A DNA stretch of 64,000 nt from Catajapyx aquilonaris (Eukaryota). The notes beneath the pieces are model-generated. The model had not been told where the DNA came from. It saw only the letters and a list, made by a program, of their open reading frames with translations, and made no database searches. Below, piece after piece: positions 26,673 to 40,077 of this stretch. The stretch spans positions 1 through 64,000 of the forward strand of contig KZ538386.1 of assembly GCA_000934665.2 (NCBI GenBank). The letters run 5' to 3'. How positions within the stretch are numbered: the first letter of the stretch is position 1; each line of letters begins with the position of its first letter. The position numbers were made by a program, and so were the translations under genes.

Positions 26673-27127
26673 GTATGTCTATCTGCATTTTGTTTCAACA
26701 TGTGTCCATGGTAACGTTTGACTTAATTGTCACATGTGTGGCGGAAGAGGCCAGGGGTGTTTATCCAAGTGGAAGGGGAAATCAGTGTGGTAGTACCTAG
26801 GACATGGGTTTATGTGCCAGGAAATCCGGATTTGGTGACAAAAATGGTTGTTCAAGAAGGAAGTATTGACATATTGGCAAGTGAGTCAGTATTACACTAC
26901 CTGGGTATAGCGGTCCGTTAAATATGACGTAACAAATCAAAATTCCGCATTTGCAAGCATTATAATATAATGCTTGCAAAATTATCCCAAATTATAAATT
27001 TAATTAGGCAAATGCGCCAATTTACTGGGGAAGGTATGCATCATTTTAATTGTGATATCGCGGATAGGCGCCAACTTTTCTCGTGATAGTCGACTGCCAC
27101 GTTTCAATCGTTATCACTATTTTGCAG
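26673..27127 (+). other. Probable 5' UTR intron of CKI-B
   Basis: Donor AAG|GTATGT at 26672/26673 and acceptor CACTATTTTGCAG| ending at 27127, 45 nt upstream of the ATG. An alternative donor GAAG|GTATGC lies near 27033. Confidence 0.5.
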
Positions 27128-27172
27128 GTGCGTAGTTGACTCAGTGGGTACTACACCCTGACTACACCAGGC

Positions 27173-27454
27173 ATGTCCAAGGACAGAGTTCGGCGGAACT
27201 TGTTTGGGTCCCCCAATCAGGAAGAATTGGCGAAAGAGCAGAAGGCCATTTTGGACAAAATGGCTGAGGAGGATATGAAACGGTGGAACTTTGATTTCAA
27301 AACAGAGACGCCATTGGAGGGGAACTGGCAGTGGGAAAGGGTCACCCCTGTCACCCCTGGGGTGACCCAAGAAGAGGAAGAGGTCAGGTTGCCACCAGAA
27401 CAAGGTGAAGACCAAGGTGAAGATGATGACAAAGAAAATGCAAGGCCTAAGTAA
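27173..27454 (+). CDS. Short Cip/Kip CDK inhibitor CKI-B (93 aa)
   Basis: VRRNLFGSPNQEEL...MKRWNFDFKTETPLEGNWQWERV is a clear CDI domain. An in-frame TGA upstream fixes the start. C-terminus DKENARPK. AATAAA at 27627-27632. Confidence 0.88.
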   Translation: MSKDRVRRNLFGSPNQEELAKEQKAILDKMAEEDMKRWNFDFKTETPLEGNWQWERVTPVTPGVTQEEEEVRLPPEQGEDQGEDDDKENARPK

Positions 27455-27626
27455 GACTGACCCCGACTGACCCAGTTTGTTTATGTCTGCTGGAAAGTAC
27501 GTTTCAGTGAATTCTACATTATATTCAATTTTTTTTACAAGATATTTACACTATACAGAGTGAAATAAGTACTGTGATTGCTAGTCGGAAAAAAATTATT
27601 TCGCAATGAATGTGAAATGTTGTGTA

Positions 27627-27632
27627 AATAAA
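27627..27632 (+). terminator. Polyadenylation signal of CKI-B
   Basis: AATAAA about 170 nt after the stop codon, in AT-rich, UTR-like sequence. Confidence 0.5.
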
Positions 27633-30343
27633 ATACAGTTTATACGGTTTCAGACATTTCATTAACATGTTGATATTGTGTCTGCAAATTTTCGGAAGGG
27701 TAGCAACGATACATGCTTATAATTTGACCTGGTCCACTGCAACATCTCGTGAGTAATCAATTTGCCAACAAAGAAAATGGTTGAAATAACATCAGGCTGT
27801 TGCACTGTAGTCAACTTTCTCACGCATATAAGCAACTTGGATTATTCGTTTTTCATAGCTGACTTGAGTGTGGGAGTTTTCGGTTGAGAGAGCACAGACT
27901 GCCCTAGAGCAACGATGTTCTGGTTTAATTAAGGCTTGCAGGGACAGAAGAAGAGCATACAAGAAAATACCTTGGGGAAAATTTACCTGGGGCAACGACG
28001 CCATAGCAGTGGCCATATTTGGATGGCCTTAGGTCAAAATTAAGACGTTGTAATCAGGACATTTATTTTCCCCTCTGTTTCCCACAGATAAGCCCCCAAC
28101 CTCCTACGGTGTTTTAAATGGCTCACACCATGAGAAAAAGCCGTATGTCAAAGGTGACGTGACTCAACTTGTGTGTCACTTTTTTTTACAATCTCAATGA
28201 AGCACGTTACATGGCAGGATTGTATCGCTTTTCAGGGAGCCGCTCGCATAGAGCGATTCATCGCTGTCGTGCAACTTGTGCTAAAGCGCTTCAAAACGAA
28301 GCGACGTTCGCTAGCGCCTTGAGATAAACTACTTTGTACAATCGATTCAAGGGATTAGAAGAGGGTTAAGCCTAATTGGACGACCCTTCAAGAGCGCATG
28401 TTATTTGCACTTGTCCGTATTTTTCAACAATGAGTGCTACATTTTCGGTCATTTTCCCACAATGTAAAAGACAGCTGATTACAACTCACGGCATATCCTT
28501 TTTTCTGTGACCTTATGACACCAAACTCACTGTGAGAACAACAGCCACCACAGTTCCAGCATGTCACACGTGCAAGGGATTAGAGGCCATATTGGTTGCA
28601 AATGTTGTTTTGGCGACATAACCTGACAACGCCGTTTTAGAGGCTGCCGCCATTCAGTCACTCGAGTGTTGTACTGTACAGTAGGAGGTGGTATTATAGT
28701 GTGTGCTGGTGTCCAAGTTAGGTCCGGTTGCGTCAACGCAAATTAAAGAGAAAATGTACTGTGAATGCATATATGCATAACAGGATATTTTCCCAAATTT
28801 GCTTTCACACAACTGGGCCCTTAGTGTTAAGGGATTTCCACTAATGGAAATGAAAGTGATTTTGCATGGAAACAATCCAGCAATCCATTCCAAGGCGAGC
28901 CATTCAGGAACACGTCAGGAGAAGGATTAGTCACTCGATTTGTAAGTTTTCCATTCCCTTTGTAAATTAACAGTGGAAAGTTTATTGTATTGGATATGGT
29001 CTTGCTTCATGAGAAGCAATCTGCATGAGACGTATATGTCCGCCGGCGGTTCACGTACATATTGGAAACAATTTGCTGAAGCATATGACCGGAAATTAAT
29101 TCAACGCATCTATGTAGACGTGAACAATACTATGACATAATTGGAGATTTCCTCCTTAATTTGACTTCATATAAGTCAAGTGGACAAAATGGACCGCCGG
29201 AACATTTGCCCTCCAAGAAGTAGACCTCTTCTAAAATTTGAGAATCACATAATTATTACATATAATCATGATTTTGTTATGAAGCCTGATCTCGCTACAG
29301 TACCACATTATACAAGTCGTAAAGGTACGCGCAAGTAATCATTTCAATATTTGCACAAATCTCTGGTCAATATTTGCACCATGCCATATCCGAACATAAG
29401 AACCCCCCACAATACGCAGGATCAGATTCCAGAAGCGGAAACTTCATTCAACAGCAAATCTCATTGAGGCTTGCTTGGCGCCAAGCTACCCCACCCCCTT
29501 TCCCATCGTTTGCGATAACACAAGAGGTCATAAACACCGCGACATTTTTCAATCTGCTATGAGCTGTTAATGTTCTGTTGACAATATGCAGAGCCGGATA
29601 CATTCACACATAAAGGTGCCGCTCTACCTTCATAATTCGACATGAACGTAATATTGTTTATGAAGTCGGAAGTATGACGCTTTATTTTAACGCATATTTG
29701 TACCAGGGTGCCTAATAATATCATATAAACTCCGAGCCAATAAAGGCCCTTTATAAGCTAATTATCCCCACCATTTTTTATTCGCATTAGCTGAAAAGGA
29801 CAACTGCAGCATAAAAAAGTCCCCCTTCCATCAGCCTCTTTTTGTTACACATAAGGACGCCCTAGCTGTTTGGCAACCACTCTTCTTTTCACACCACACC
29901 AAGTAACACTGCCGGAAGACACCCACGATAGCACCCTTTCTATTGTGCAACTTCCTACAATAATCAACTATTATTGACCATACTTAGCTTTAGGCCAGCA
30001 TGCGTCATTAGCACGTGTGAATCACACGTATCACCTGGCCATCCATCACTCCACAGGTCCAATCTATCTTCACGCATGTCTTGCTATACCTTTCACAAAC
30101 AGCTGTCCACGTGCTCTATTTTGGCCATTTTTTATAGTACCGGTACCCAGCATCTGGTTGGTTACATCTCGTTGTCCGAACCCATACTTTAGATTCCCAC
30201 AGCTGGGGTGTTCCCACTCTTAAATGGATGATAAAATTGCGGGCGTTCACAAATAGCCCCATTGGTAATCCCCAAATTCCTTAATAACACCACCTGGGAA
30301 GGGTAATACAAGTAGCTGCATCTTCATCCCATCCCCCCCCCCC

Positions 30344-30686
30344 NNNNNNNNNNNNNNNNNNNNNNNNNNNNNNNNNNNNNNNNNNNNNNNNNNNNNNNNN
30401 NNNNNNNNNNNNNNNNNNNNNNNNNNNNNNNNNNNNNNNNNNNNNNNNNNNNNNNNNNNNNNNNNNNNNNNNNNNNNNNNNNNNNNNNNNNNNNNNNNNN
30501 NNNNNNNNNNNNNNNNNNNNNNNNNNNNNNNNNNNNNNNNNNNNNNNNNNNNNNNNNNNNNNNNNNNNNNNNNNNNNNNNNNNNNNNNNNNNNNNNNNNN
30601 NNNNNNNNNNNNNNNNNNNNNNNNNNNNNNNNNNNNNNNNNNNNNNNNNNNNNNNNNNNNNNNNNNNNNNNNNNNNNNNNNNNNNN
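30344..30686. other. Assembly gap (N)
   Basis: N run flanked by poly-C on the left and poly-G on the right. Confidence 0.99.
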
Positions 30687-32995
30687 GGGGGGGGGGTAGG
30701 GGGGGGGGATCAGTGTCAATTGGATAGCATAAAATACTTAGGAGTCACTTAAATGTACAGTTTGGCGGTGGCGGGTAGAACAACCTGATTATTTGATGGT
30801 TGCAACACTGAATTGCGATAGTTTGGTGATTTCAGCGTTTAGGAAGTTACGTCACTTGTTAATCGTCACGTACATATCAGGATGTCACGACAAAAATGAT
30901 GTAATTGTCTTAATTTGTAAATCAAAATAAGGAAATTTCGGTAAGCGGATATGCATGTATGTAGTATATGCTGTAGAAGCATAACATTAGTTAATGGCCG
31001 GAAAGCAGCAATCAACCATGAATTTATTGTAAAGGTGCTTTATTAATTTATTTAATTATTATTATGAATTATTATGAATTATTATTTAATTTAATTTATT
31101 GTAAAGGGCTTTACTAACATGACCCTGGTCCTGGTGTATGATGTGGATGTGAGAGTTGACGGCAATACCCGGGTGCCAGCCATTGTGAATGTCCATGTAT
31201 CAGCTTTCTTCCATCCCTATGCTCCCAGCATCTGGAAAACTGGACGTTCCAGTGGTGAAAGGTCCGTCTGGGCGCGAAACACCTTATCCTCCTTTAAAAC
31301 CAACCAACCATTGTGTCATCAATCCTGTGTGAAACAGTCTCGGCCGCCTTTTTGGCAACTGACCGACCGTCCTACCAGGCGTCCATAAATTGAAAAAACT
31401 GTCAAATGCCAACTATCCAACGAACCTGAGCTGTAACCAGACTCGACCAGAAAAGGTCCAGAAATGGACACAGACGAATCTACAAAAGACCGTGACCCTT
31501 GAACTCGTTCTACCCAGTAAAACATGTCCCACTTGGAACAGCGTGGTATTATATAGTGTTTATGTAGGGTTAGAACAAGAGAACGACTAAAAACAGCAAT
31601 CATATTTAGGTCGGGAGAGAGCCACTTTGGGGAGGGGGGGGGGGGGATTTTAAAAATTTGTGTAAAATATACTATGTAAAATAGCAATTCCAGAATTTTA
31701 GTCGTGATTTGGTCAATTTGGCTAGAGTCGTATTTTCTGTTGAGGATGTGGCTGTAAGCTTCCGGTAATAAAGGCATAAATAACTGCGTGTTGACATTAT
31801 GTAATTTTTTTGGTAATATTTTTAGGTCCGTCCGTAGGGAAATCATAGTTTTCCTCCAGGATGTACGGTCACCCTTGCTATATATATTTTTTATTCGTAA
31901 CGACCACTAGAATGACATTCACGTGGAAACACCCCCAAATATATGTGACGCTTCTAATGAGCAAACGAAGCATACGCCATCCCAGATCCACATGAGATAA
32001 TGCAATTCTCACATATGGTCCCTGGTGCAAGTCTGCATTCACCCCAGCAGACTTGAACCCAAGGGAACGTGGCTGGCAGACGGTATGGGTTCCCCCGCTT
32101 CCCCCATCCCTCCTCTATCATCCAGTTTCCCCTCTAGGGCCACGTGCACACACGTGGTACACAGGCCCCCCATATCGCGTGACACCAACATACCCATGCC
32201 TTTCCTGGAGCTGAAGATGCTGGCCATCCAGTGCGCAAAGCATCCCAGCCGAATTGACGCTGATTAAATAACCCCCCAACAACCAGAGTGCGTGTCCATA
32301 AACCCGTCTGCGACTTGTTGTGGATAGTTGGATAGTCGAAAAGGGAAGCCACCCACAGATGACACCAGCGTCGTCACCCATCAGACACCAAGATGGCAGC
32401 ATCCGGATGGGATGAGGGGATAGACAGGAAGAAGATGGGTCCTTTTAGGAAACAGCTGTCGAGACTCTTCCTGGTGACAGTGACAAGTTGGCAAGCTGTC
32501 TGTGTCGGGGGGCACCCACCAGGAAATTCTAATTTGGCCATAGGCCCAACGGTGGAAGTGGGTAAATTGCACTCTTGCAGACACAGGACCCTTTAGCCCA
32601 GATCTAATGCCGCTTTATCTCCAGCTTCCTCTGGGAACCTGGCTCTGGACAATGCGTATATTGCCATTGTCGATCACGATTGATGATCCATTATTGGATC
32701 TACACACAGAATCGACGCTTATTCTGGAGTGGTCAATGTTATTATTACCTAATGCGGCAGTATATATATATATATATTTTTTTTAAATTACACCCTTGAA
32801 GCCTTCAGGCTTATGTAGGGGGGAGGTTTTTCGACCATTTTCTATCTCTCCGGTGCCAGGATGGAGGGGGGGACAGTGGTGCAAGTGCAATGTCTCATGG
32901 CGGAGGCCGTGTGCAGTCCCCCAGAGGGCTAGGTTGAAAGACGACCCTCTAGGTGCGGGTAAGAGACCTCCCACAAACGCCGCACCTCCTCCAGT

Positions 32996-33186
32996 ATGGG
33001 ACAGGGATAGGAAAGGTAGGAAGCGGCTGTGGCCTACGATTAGGAAACAACTCCGGTATTCACCTGGGGGTGACCGTGGGAAACCACAGAAAACCACGGT
33101 CAGAGTTGCCGGCCTGGGGATTTGATCCCTGGACCTCCCGATTTGCAGCCGGATACCAAATCCCCTCAGCTACTGCTGCTTCGGTT
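32996..33186 (-). mobile_element. tRNA-derived SINE, copy 3
   Basis: Shares long identical blocks with 1930-2116, e.g. GACCGTGGGAAACCACAGAAAACCACGGTCAGAGTTGCCGGC. Confidence 0.85.
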
Positions 33187-33214
33187 AATGCGGCAGTATA
33201 ATAATATGAAATAT

Positions 33215-33403
33215 AGATCACACCCACCGCCTTATCTGAATGCAACCCACTCCGGACAACCCACCGTTCTAACCGAGGGCAGTATGAGATTCGGAAAGAC
33301 GAGTTGTCATATGTCATGCATTTGACACAAGGTACCTCAGAAATTATCACATGCAAGAGTTGTCCTGAGTGGGTTGCAGTCAGATAAGGCGATAGGTGGA
33401 TCT
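33215..33403. mobile_element. MITE with about 45-bp imperfect TIRs
   Basis: CGCCTTATCTGAATGCAACCCACTCCGGACAAC ... GTTGTCCTGAGTGGGTTGCAGTCAGATAAGGCG. Confidence 0.6.
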
Positions 33404-34118
33404 GCCTTTTCATCTTGGTTCCACTATAGCATTTTTTGTCTCATCTTTCCACATCCTGGGTGGAAGAAGGCGACTGGCAATGTGGGTGTGGAATCATGCT
33501 GCTTAAATTCGGTTTGGTCGCTGTGATATCAAAGGAGGCGTGGTTTGGTATATGATACAGCATTTTAGAAAATCATAGGCTGTCAAGCATGCCACATGTG
33601 CATGGTCACCTGGGTATATATCCTTCTTGTCGCTACATGAAGAGCGGATGGTATTTCCGTTAGGCTTATACTAATACTATACATGCTTATCTGCGTAACA
33701 CTGTACTGGTTTCATGATACATTTGAACTAGAGCATGATACTATTTCATGGCCATCATAAGACACCCCTGCTTGGTGCGGACAGAATATATTGCGAATGT
33801 TATCTGAGAAAAATGTTGACATAGCCAAACATAAAATCAGCATAGATTATGGACTTCTAACAAAACTGGGACTAATATTATGATACATGCCCAAGGTTCT
33901 GTTTAGGCTTGTAATGCGTACCCAGACCTCATGTATGGGCATGTACGGTTTATGGCGTAGCTTAGTCGCTATCTGAATGTGACAAATAATGTACACACTG
34001 ACAAGCCACGTTACTGCTATCAGAACTATAAGTAATTGTACATGTACAATCATTGCAGAGTGAGTCAGTCATATTGATATGCTCTTCAGACAGCGTTTCA
34101 TGTAGTCTACCCTTTCTG

Positions 34119-34119
34119 C

Positions 34120-34167
<48 letters not shown>
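34119..34167. repeat. (AAT)n microsatellite
   Basis: Read directly. Confidence 0.95.
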
Positions 34168-37100
34168 CTGTATGTTTGGCTGAGAGAGCCTGGACTGTAC
34201 GCCGACTAATTAAATTGTTTCTGCCTCACAAGGCGTACTGACTGGCGGTGAAGCAGAAACAATAAAAATAGTGGTCTGCACGCTAACAATATATTGATGA
34301 CCTTTGGCGACCTTACTGATAGAGTCCACCACCGCAATTTCCCGGCGTAAGAGAACAGTTGGTGCATACTGTATATCAGTATAGAAACCGAACCCCCCAA
34401 GCAATGACCCAGATAGCACTCACCCGCTCATGCCAATCTCCATATGAATTCTGAAATATGCCCAGCAGCTGAAGGCATGCTCAGCACTTGTGACACACTC
34501 ATTCGACAATCCTGGGCTTCCATTTTTCCCATTTGAAGCAGAGGGCAATGACTGCTGCCGTCCTACGCCTAGAGCTAGTTTGTTCAAAGGAAGTCCGCCT
34601 TGGAGGTGGTGGAAGGGGAACAAGGCGCGGTAAAGCTAAAAAGGCAGGTAGGTAGGTCCTAGTCCCCCCCCCCCCTCCCATACCTCCAAATCACTCCTCC
34701 GACTTGTGAGGTCCAAAACAGAGCTCGTCCCTACAACAAATTACGGCCCTTAAAAATCCGGGTGGTCGGAGAAAGTGAAGCCAAAAGCCGCTTCTCAAGG
34801 AAATGAATATACACAAGCTGATGTGGTACAAAATAGAAGAAAACATTGCCTATTTTTTTAAATTCTCTCACGATCTGCGTATCTTGATCTGAATCAACAG
34901 AGAATATCGGCCAGTACATTTCCCAGAGATCCAGCAGCAAGAATCACGACAACATGTCTTTGATCCTACATTTACTCTGATTCCATGACTCACGATTCCG
35001 ATATTAGTCCAAGGTAGACCACGATCACTTGAATTTCCAAATTCTAAAATGATACACCCACCCTCTTTGATTCAGGGGCACGATTCATGATTCCGTGCTC
35101 TAAGTAATTGAAGCTAGTTTAGCTGATCAAAGGTTGTATTATGAGCCCACACACATGCGTGTTCGTTAGAAAAAGAAAGTCGACACGGCATCTTCAGGTG
35201 TTAATGTGACAGCGTCTCACCCCTCCCCTATGTATGTAAAAGGACCCTTGGCTCACCTGCACAGGGCGTATCCTTTAGGGATCAACTTTAAAGTATTGCG
35301 AACCCCCATTCTCTTCCGTCATGTAAGCTGAAAATCTGCATTTCAAAAGGCCAATGGGGGAAGCTGACCAAAAGAAACATCCCCCTATGTTTGCACCGTC
35401 TCACTCATGCATACCACACCATCGCCGCCTAAGAGGTATTAACCGCCATCTTTGTGACTCATTTGCCCACGACACGATGACCTCTACATGCGTGACTGCA
35501 TGTGTACAAAACCCATTTTGGGTCCAGGACCATTCTATTTCGCACCACATGATACCAAAAAAAAAGGCAATAAATTCGTGGCTCTATAGGGGACCCTGGG
35601 ACTTAATGTGTGCCCAACGTATCAAAACCCCACCCGTGGGATAAGCAAACGAAACTGAGGGGTCGTCTCCTGATAATCTTCAAGTTTCGACCATCTGATT
35701 CAGGTGACAGTGGCGGTTAAGCATCAACGGGTAATGACATCAATTATTCCATGTTTGGTCCGGTTGGGAGCAACCATTTTGGATCAATCCCAGTTGTAGT
35801 GTCTCAAAAAAAAAATGTTGGCCGCACTTGCATTAATTGAGTGAGCTGAAATCAAGTTCCCCCGCTGACTCAATGGGAGTAATCCCAAGCTTGGAGCGGC
35901 CTCCTTTCTCCGGATGACCTCTAACCTCAGACCATCCCAAAGCAAGATAAACGAGGCGGTGTGTACAGTACAGGAGCCGTCCAAACCGATCCAAATCTTC
36001 AGCATATATCTGACTTGACCATTTTAAAGAGGGTCTGAAGGACCCCCTATAAGGTGTGGACTTTCAACACCTTATGGTAGGGATGGCCAGCGGCAGATGC
36101 TCACCCTTTGACCTGATGGTCACACTGCGAGGGCGTTCCGAAGGATAATTGGGTACCGGGCTTTTGACCCCAACGGTGTAGAAAATTGGGAAGTTGGAAA
36201 ACTGAGCAGATGCACGACCCTAATAATTCCGTGGGAAATACTGTCACTTTTCAACCCCCTGAGGATTTAATGACCGTTTCCTATAGGTAGTATTGTGGTT
36301 CAAAATTTATTGCAAATTGTTCATATTGGCAGCTTGGATGACGTTGCTTCAAGAACCAAACCAAACCGAGTCAACTAATCCATCACCATCATACTGACAG
36401 CAACTGATGAGTTTAAGAAAAGCGTTGCCAAGCTTTGGAAGCCTGGACCTGCCCTGCACAATTGAAGCCTTCTCAACTTTAACAACCCTTAATGGCCTTG
36501 TTTTAATGCGCAATTTATGTGAGATTTTTTTTATGTCTGACTCTGGCGGGGGAGGAACACGGTCAAAGGCCAAAGACACTCCCAATTTAAAATAATAGAT
36601 ATAATAGATATAGTGAATAACATGGAAAAAAGCAACAAAAGGAGTAAGTTTTTTTCTACGACTGGGGCTCAAGCTTGGTCCTAAAAAAGAAGGATGGTAG
36701 GGTCCAAAGGTCACGAGGTCCCTCTTTCCGTATACTAGTGTAACCACATAAAAAAGAAGGGTCTCGGCAAGCTGGAGAGTTTTATTTGGACGAGGTGAAG
36801 ATTCTTTTACGAGGGACAGACCTGGGGCGTGCTTTATACCTATCGCCGCTCGGCACTACCAGAAAAAACTATATTTAAAAAATGGTGGGATGAAATTAAT
36901 TACCTCTCAACTTTTTACATGTCAGACGGAATATGATTATGAGGTGTTGTAAATAACAAAATATATTACATTTTAATGCATCTGTCAAATAAGTGTCAAC
37001 AACTGGCCTGATTGATCATAGATTATACTACTATCTATTCCATTGATGTAATGAAACATCTAGTTCTTCGGCGTGCGTTAGCGTGATAATAAAGTCCGTT

Positions 37101-39798
37101 GTAGTGTTCCGGTGTTAAGGCATTCGTAAAGGAAATTACATAATATCCGGAGTGATGTCAACACTCTCTTTTATTTCCGTCCAGAAACCTACCCACAACC
37201 AGAATAATTTAAAAACCCTCGTCCGCAGGATATCTACTCATATATCATTCTAGAAACACGTCAAGTGTCTGACATGTATTTTTTTTTGGACGAGTCCAAT
37301 AAGTCCTTCAACTTTTGTCGAAAGGAACCCCCTTCGACCCTTGGTCTCCTTCAGTCGGAAGAATGGAGTTAGCACATCTTTTCACCCTAAAGTGGTCGAG
37401 ATTCCTCATGTTGGGGAGGCACAAAAGAAGGCCTATCCTTCTCCTCGGCTTTCTTTTATGCTCCAATCCTTCATCCATTCACTTTTAATTCAATTTCACT
37501 CAAGGTATCCGGAGGGACGGACCAAGTGCACAGTTTCATTCTTCGTTCTATAATGACGGAACCGTTTTTTTTAGACGGGTTCCTATGGGTCGTCAGGTCA
37601 TTTAGGTCGACACATTTATCCTTTTCATGATGATGACATGAGTTCTGTTCAACTTGCTCGAACCGTCGGAATGTCTGGGACACTAAAAAATTAGGGGGGA
37701 TGCTAGCTGACAGTTTTTTTTTTTTAATTTTTAAAAAAGGAGAATGTGATGCAAATTTTTTTTGCTGACTATACACATGCTATTTGAAACAAGAAGTGGC
37801 ACCATTGAGCTCAAGCAGCGCAGGAAACGTCCGGTTTGGCAGCAGTTCCCACAAATGGTGCACTCTGATAACAAATGTACAGAACATATAGAATTTGTCT
37901 CGCAGTTTTTGTGGTCTTCCAAGAACGGAAAACCGCAGCGTTTTTTTTCTCTCTTTACAACAGTCAACGAAAGAGGTTTTAAAAGGCAACTGCGGATGGT
38001 CCCAGCAAATGAGCGTGGTCAGCAAAGCAGACGCGGCTTTTGTCAACACTAGGCCGGCATCCTAGGACACGTGGGAAGGCATCGTTGTCCCAAAAGTGGC
38101 CTACTACAGTGGATTCACACGTGGGTGCGGCTAGGTCCATTCAGCGCGACCAAATTAATGGGGGCCACCATGCGTGAACAACCAGCGCGCGTGATGAATC
38201 AGCCATTTTCACCCTCAATTTGAACCCCCCAACTGGATACCATAACCATCGATTCTTCCCAGTTATGATCTATGAGACGATTGATACCTGTTACGTATGA
38301 GACATATCGTGACTATAAATTGCACGCGGTTTAATGCTACAAATATATATAGGATATGCCATGTTTGCTGAAGTAGAAAGTGAATTGTGACAGGTTCAGT
38401 GAAGCTTTTCAGTTTTTTTTTTTTAAAGGCGGCTCCGATGCAAAGAAATCAAGAAGAACCATCCGCGTGTTTAACCGCATCCTCAAGTTTAACCGCACCT
38501 GCCCTGATGGTTGTGCATGATTAACTTTCATTCTCTGATTCGTTAGTGTACATTGTTACATCGCAAATTATATGTTCAACTCAGTTCAACAATAGGATAG
38601 AATGTCACATACTGTCACGTATGCAGGCGGCTACATATTTAACAATGACTCATAATAAATGTGTTACCGAATGGAAAATAGCAAAGCAGGTATCTGAATG
38701 ATTTTGTTTAATTTTTCAATATTTAATGATCAAATGAACATCTAACAGAACGACTTAAAATGTCACAAGGCGCATTTTGGTTAATTTTCAGTCGGAAAAG
38801 ACGATAATATATGTATATATTTTTAAATTAGGCCAAACTTCACTGGAGCATCACTGTGTCCAGTTTGTTACTGACATTTCCTCTGGGAGTCTGAAAATAC
38901 GACCTTTTCTGCTCTTCATCCTCTGCTGCTTCCCCCCAGCTTTTTCGCGAAACATTCAAAAAACCCACATCTGACCAAAATCCAAGGTCTGTCCCGGAGA
39001 AAACCGCGACCGTCCTTTTTTTCCGCTCAAATCACTGAGACAAAAATGTGCAAAAGCTGGACTTTTACACCTCGTTTTCTCTCGGTCTGTGGTTGGTTCT
39101 TCTCGAACCGAGATTTAATTGGTGAGCTTGGGCGTGGGAAACAAGGACCTGAACCACGGCTAGGCCTCTACAGGAGGTCTTCGAAGCACTTGAACCCTCT
39201 GTAAGCCTTATTCGATCCCACCTCCGTCAGGCCACATTGCTCATGCGTGGAGATATAATACCTTCAGTTTCTAACCACCCATATCATCACGTGGGAAAAG
39301 GCCAAACTCGATGCGGACATACAGCACAAAACTTATATCTGGAGGCTGTTTTGCGTGGTCAACTGGGTTTTAAAACCTGCTCGGAAATGTATACGATGAA
39401 ACGGTACGGTGGAGATGAGGGAAGGGTTGGGATTGGTTGCGACAGAAACCAAATTACAGACCTACGTGATATATGAATTAGTGGGGCGTGAAGGACAACA
39501 TTGTGGGGATCTAGGCTGTCATGCTTGGATTATTTTGCTGCCTTTGTCAATTTTTTAAAATTATATAGATTACCCCAAAAATTATATGAGGTTACGTTTA
39601 GTCTGTGAATGTCCAGCAAGAACCGGATTTATTATTACGCATTAATCAGGATGACAATGACAAGCATAAATCAGTGACACGTGTTGACAACTTGGATTAG
39701 TCAAAATTATTCATGAAGGGTACCGGTACTAGGGTAGATCATTTATCTTCAAGCCATAGATAAACGCCTATATTTTATAGGCTACACTCTAAGCGTCC

Positions 39799-39831
39799 AA
39801 GCTGTGGCTCTAAGGCTTAGAGCCACAGCTT
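39799..39831. repeat. Perfect 16-bp-arm palindrome next to a hAT-like end
   Basis: AAGCTGTGGCTCTAAG-G-CTTAGAGCCACAGCTT, followed at about 39854 by CAGTGCTGGTTCCCAACCTTTTT. Confidence 0.65.
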
Positions 39832-39946
39832 AGAGTCTAAGCAGTCTATAAGGCAGTGCTGGTTCCCAACCTTTTTCGGGTCGCGACCTCCTTTTATGAT
39901 AGTCAAGTAACCTGCGACACCCGGCAGCCTCCCCCCCCCCCCCCCC

Positions 39947-40077
39947 NNNNNNNNNNNNNNNNNNNNNNNNNNNNNNNNNNNNNNNNNNNNNNNNNNNNNN
40001 NNNNNNNNNNNNNNNNNNNNNNNNNNNNNNNNNNNNNNNNNNNNNNNNNNNNNNNNNNNNNNNNNNNNNNNNNNNNN
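39947..40077. other. Assembly gap (N)
   Basis: N run flanked by poly-C on the left and poly-G on the right. Confidence 0.99.
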
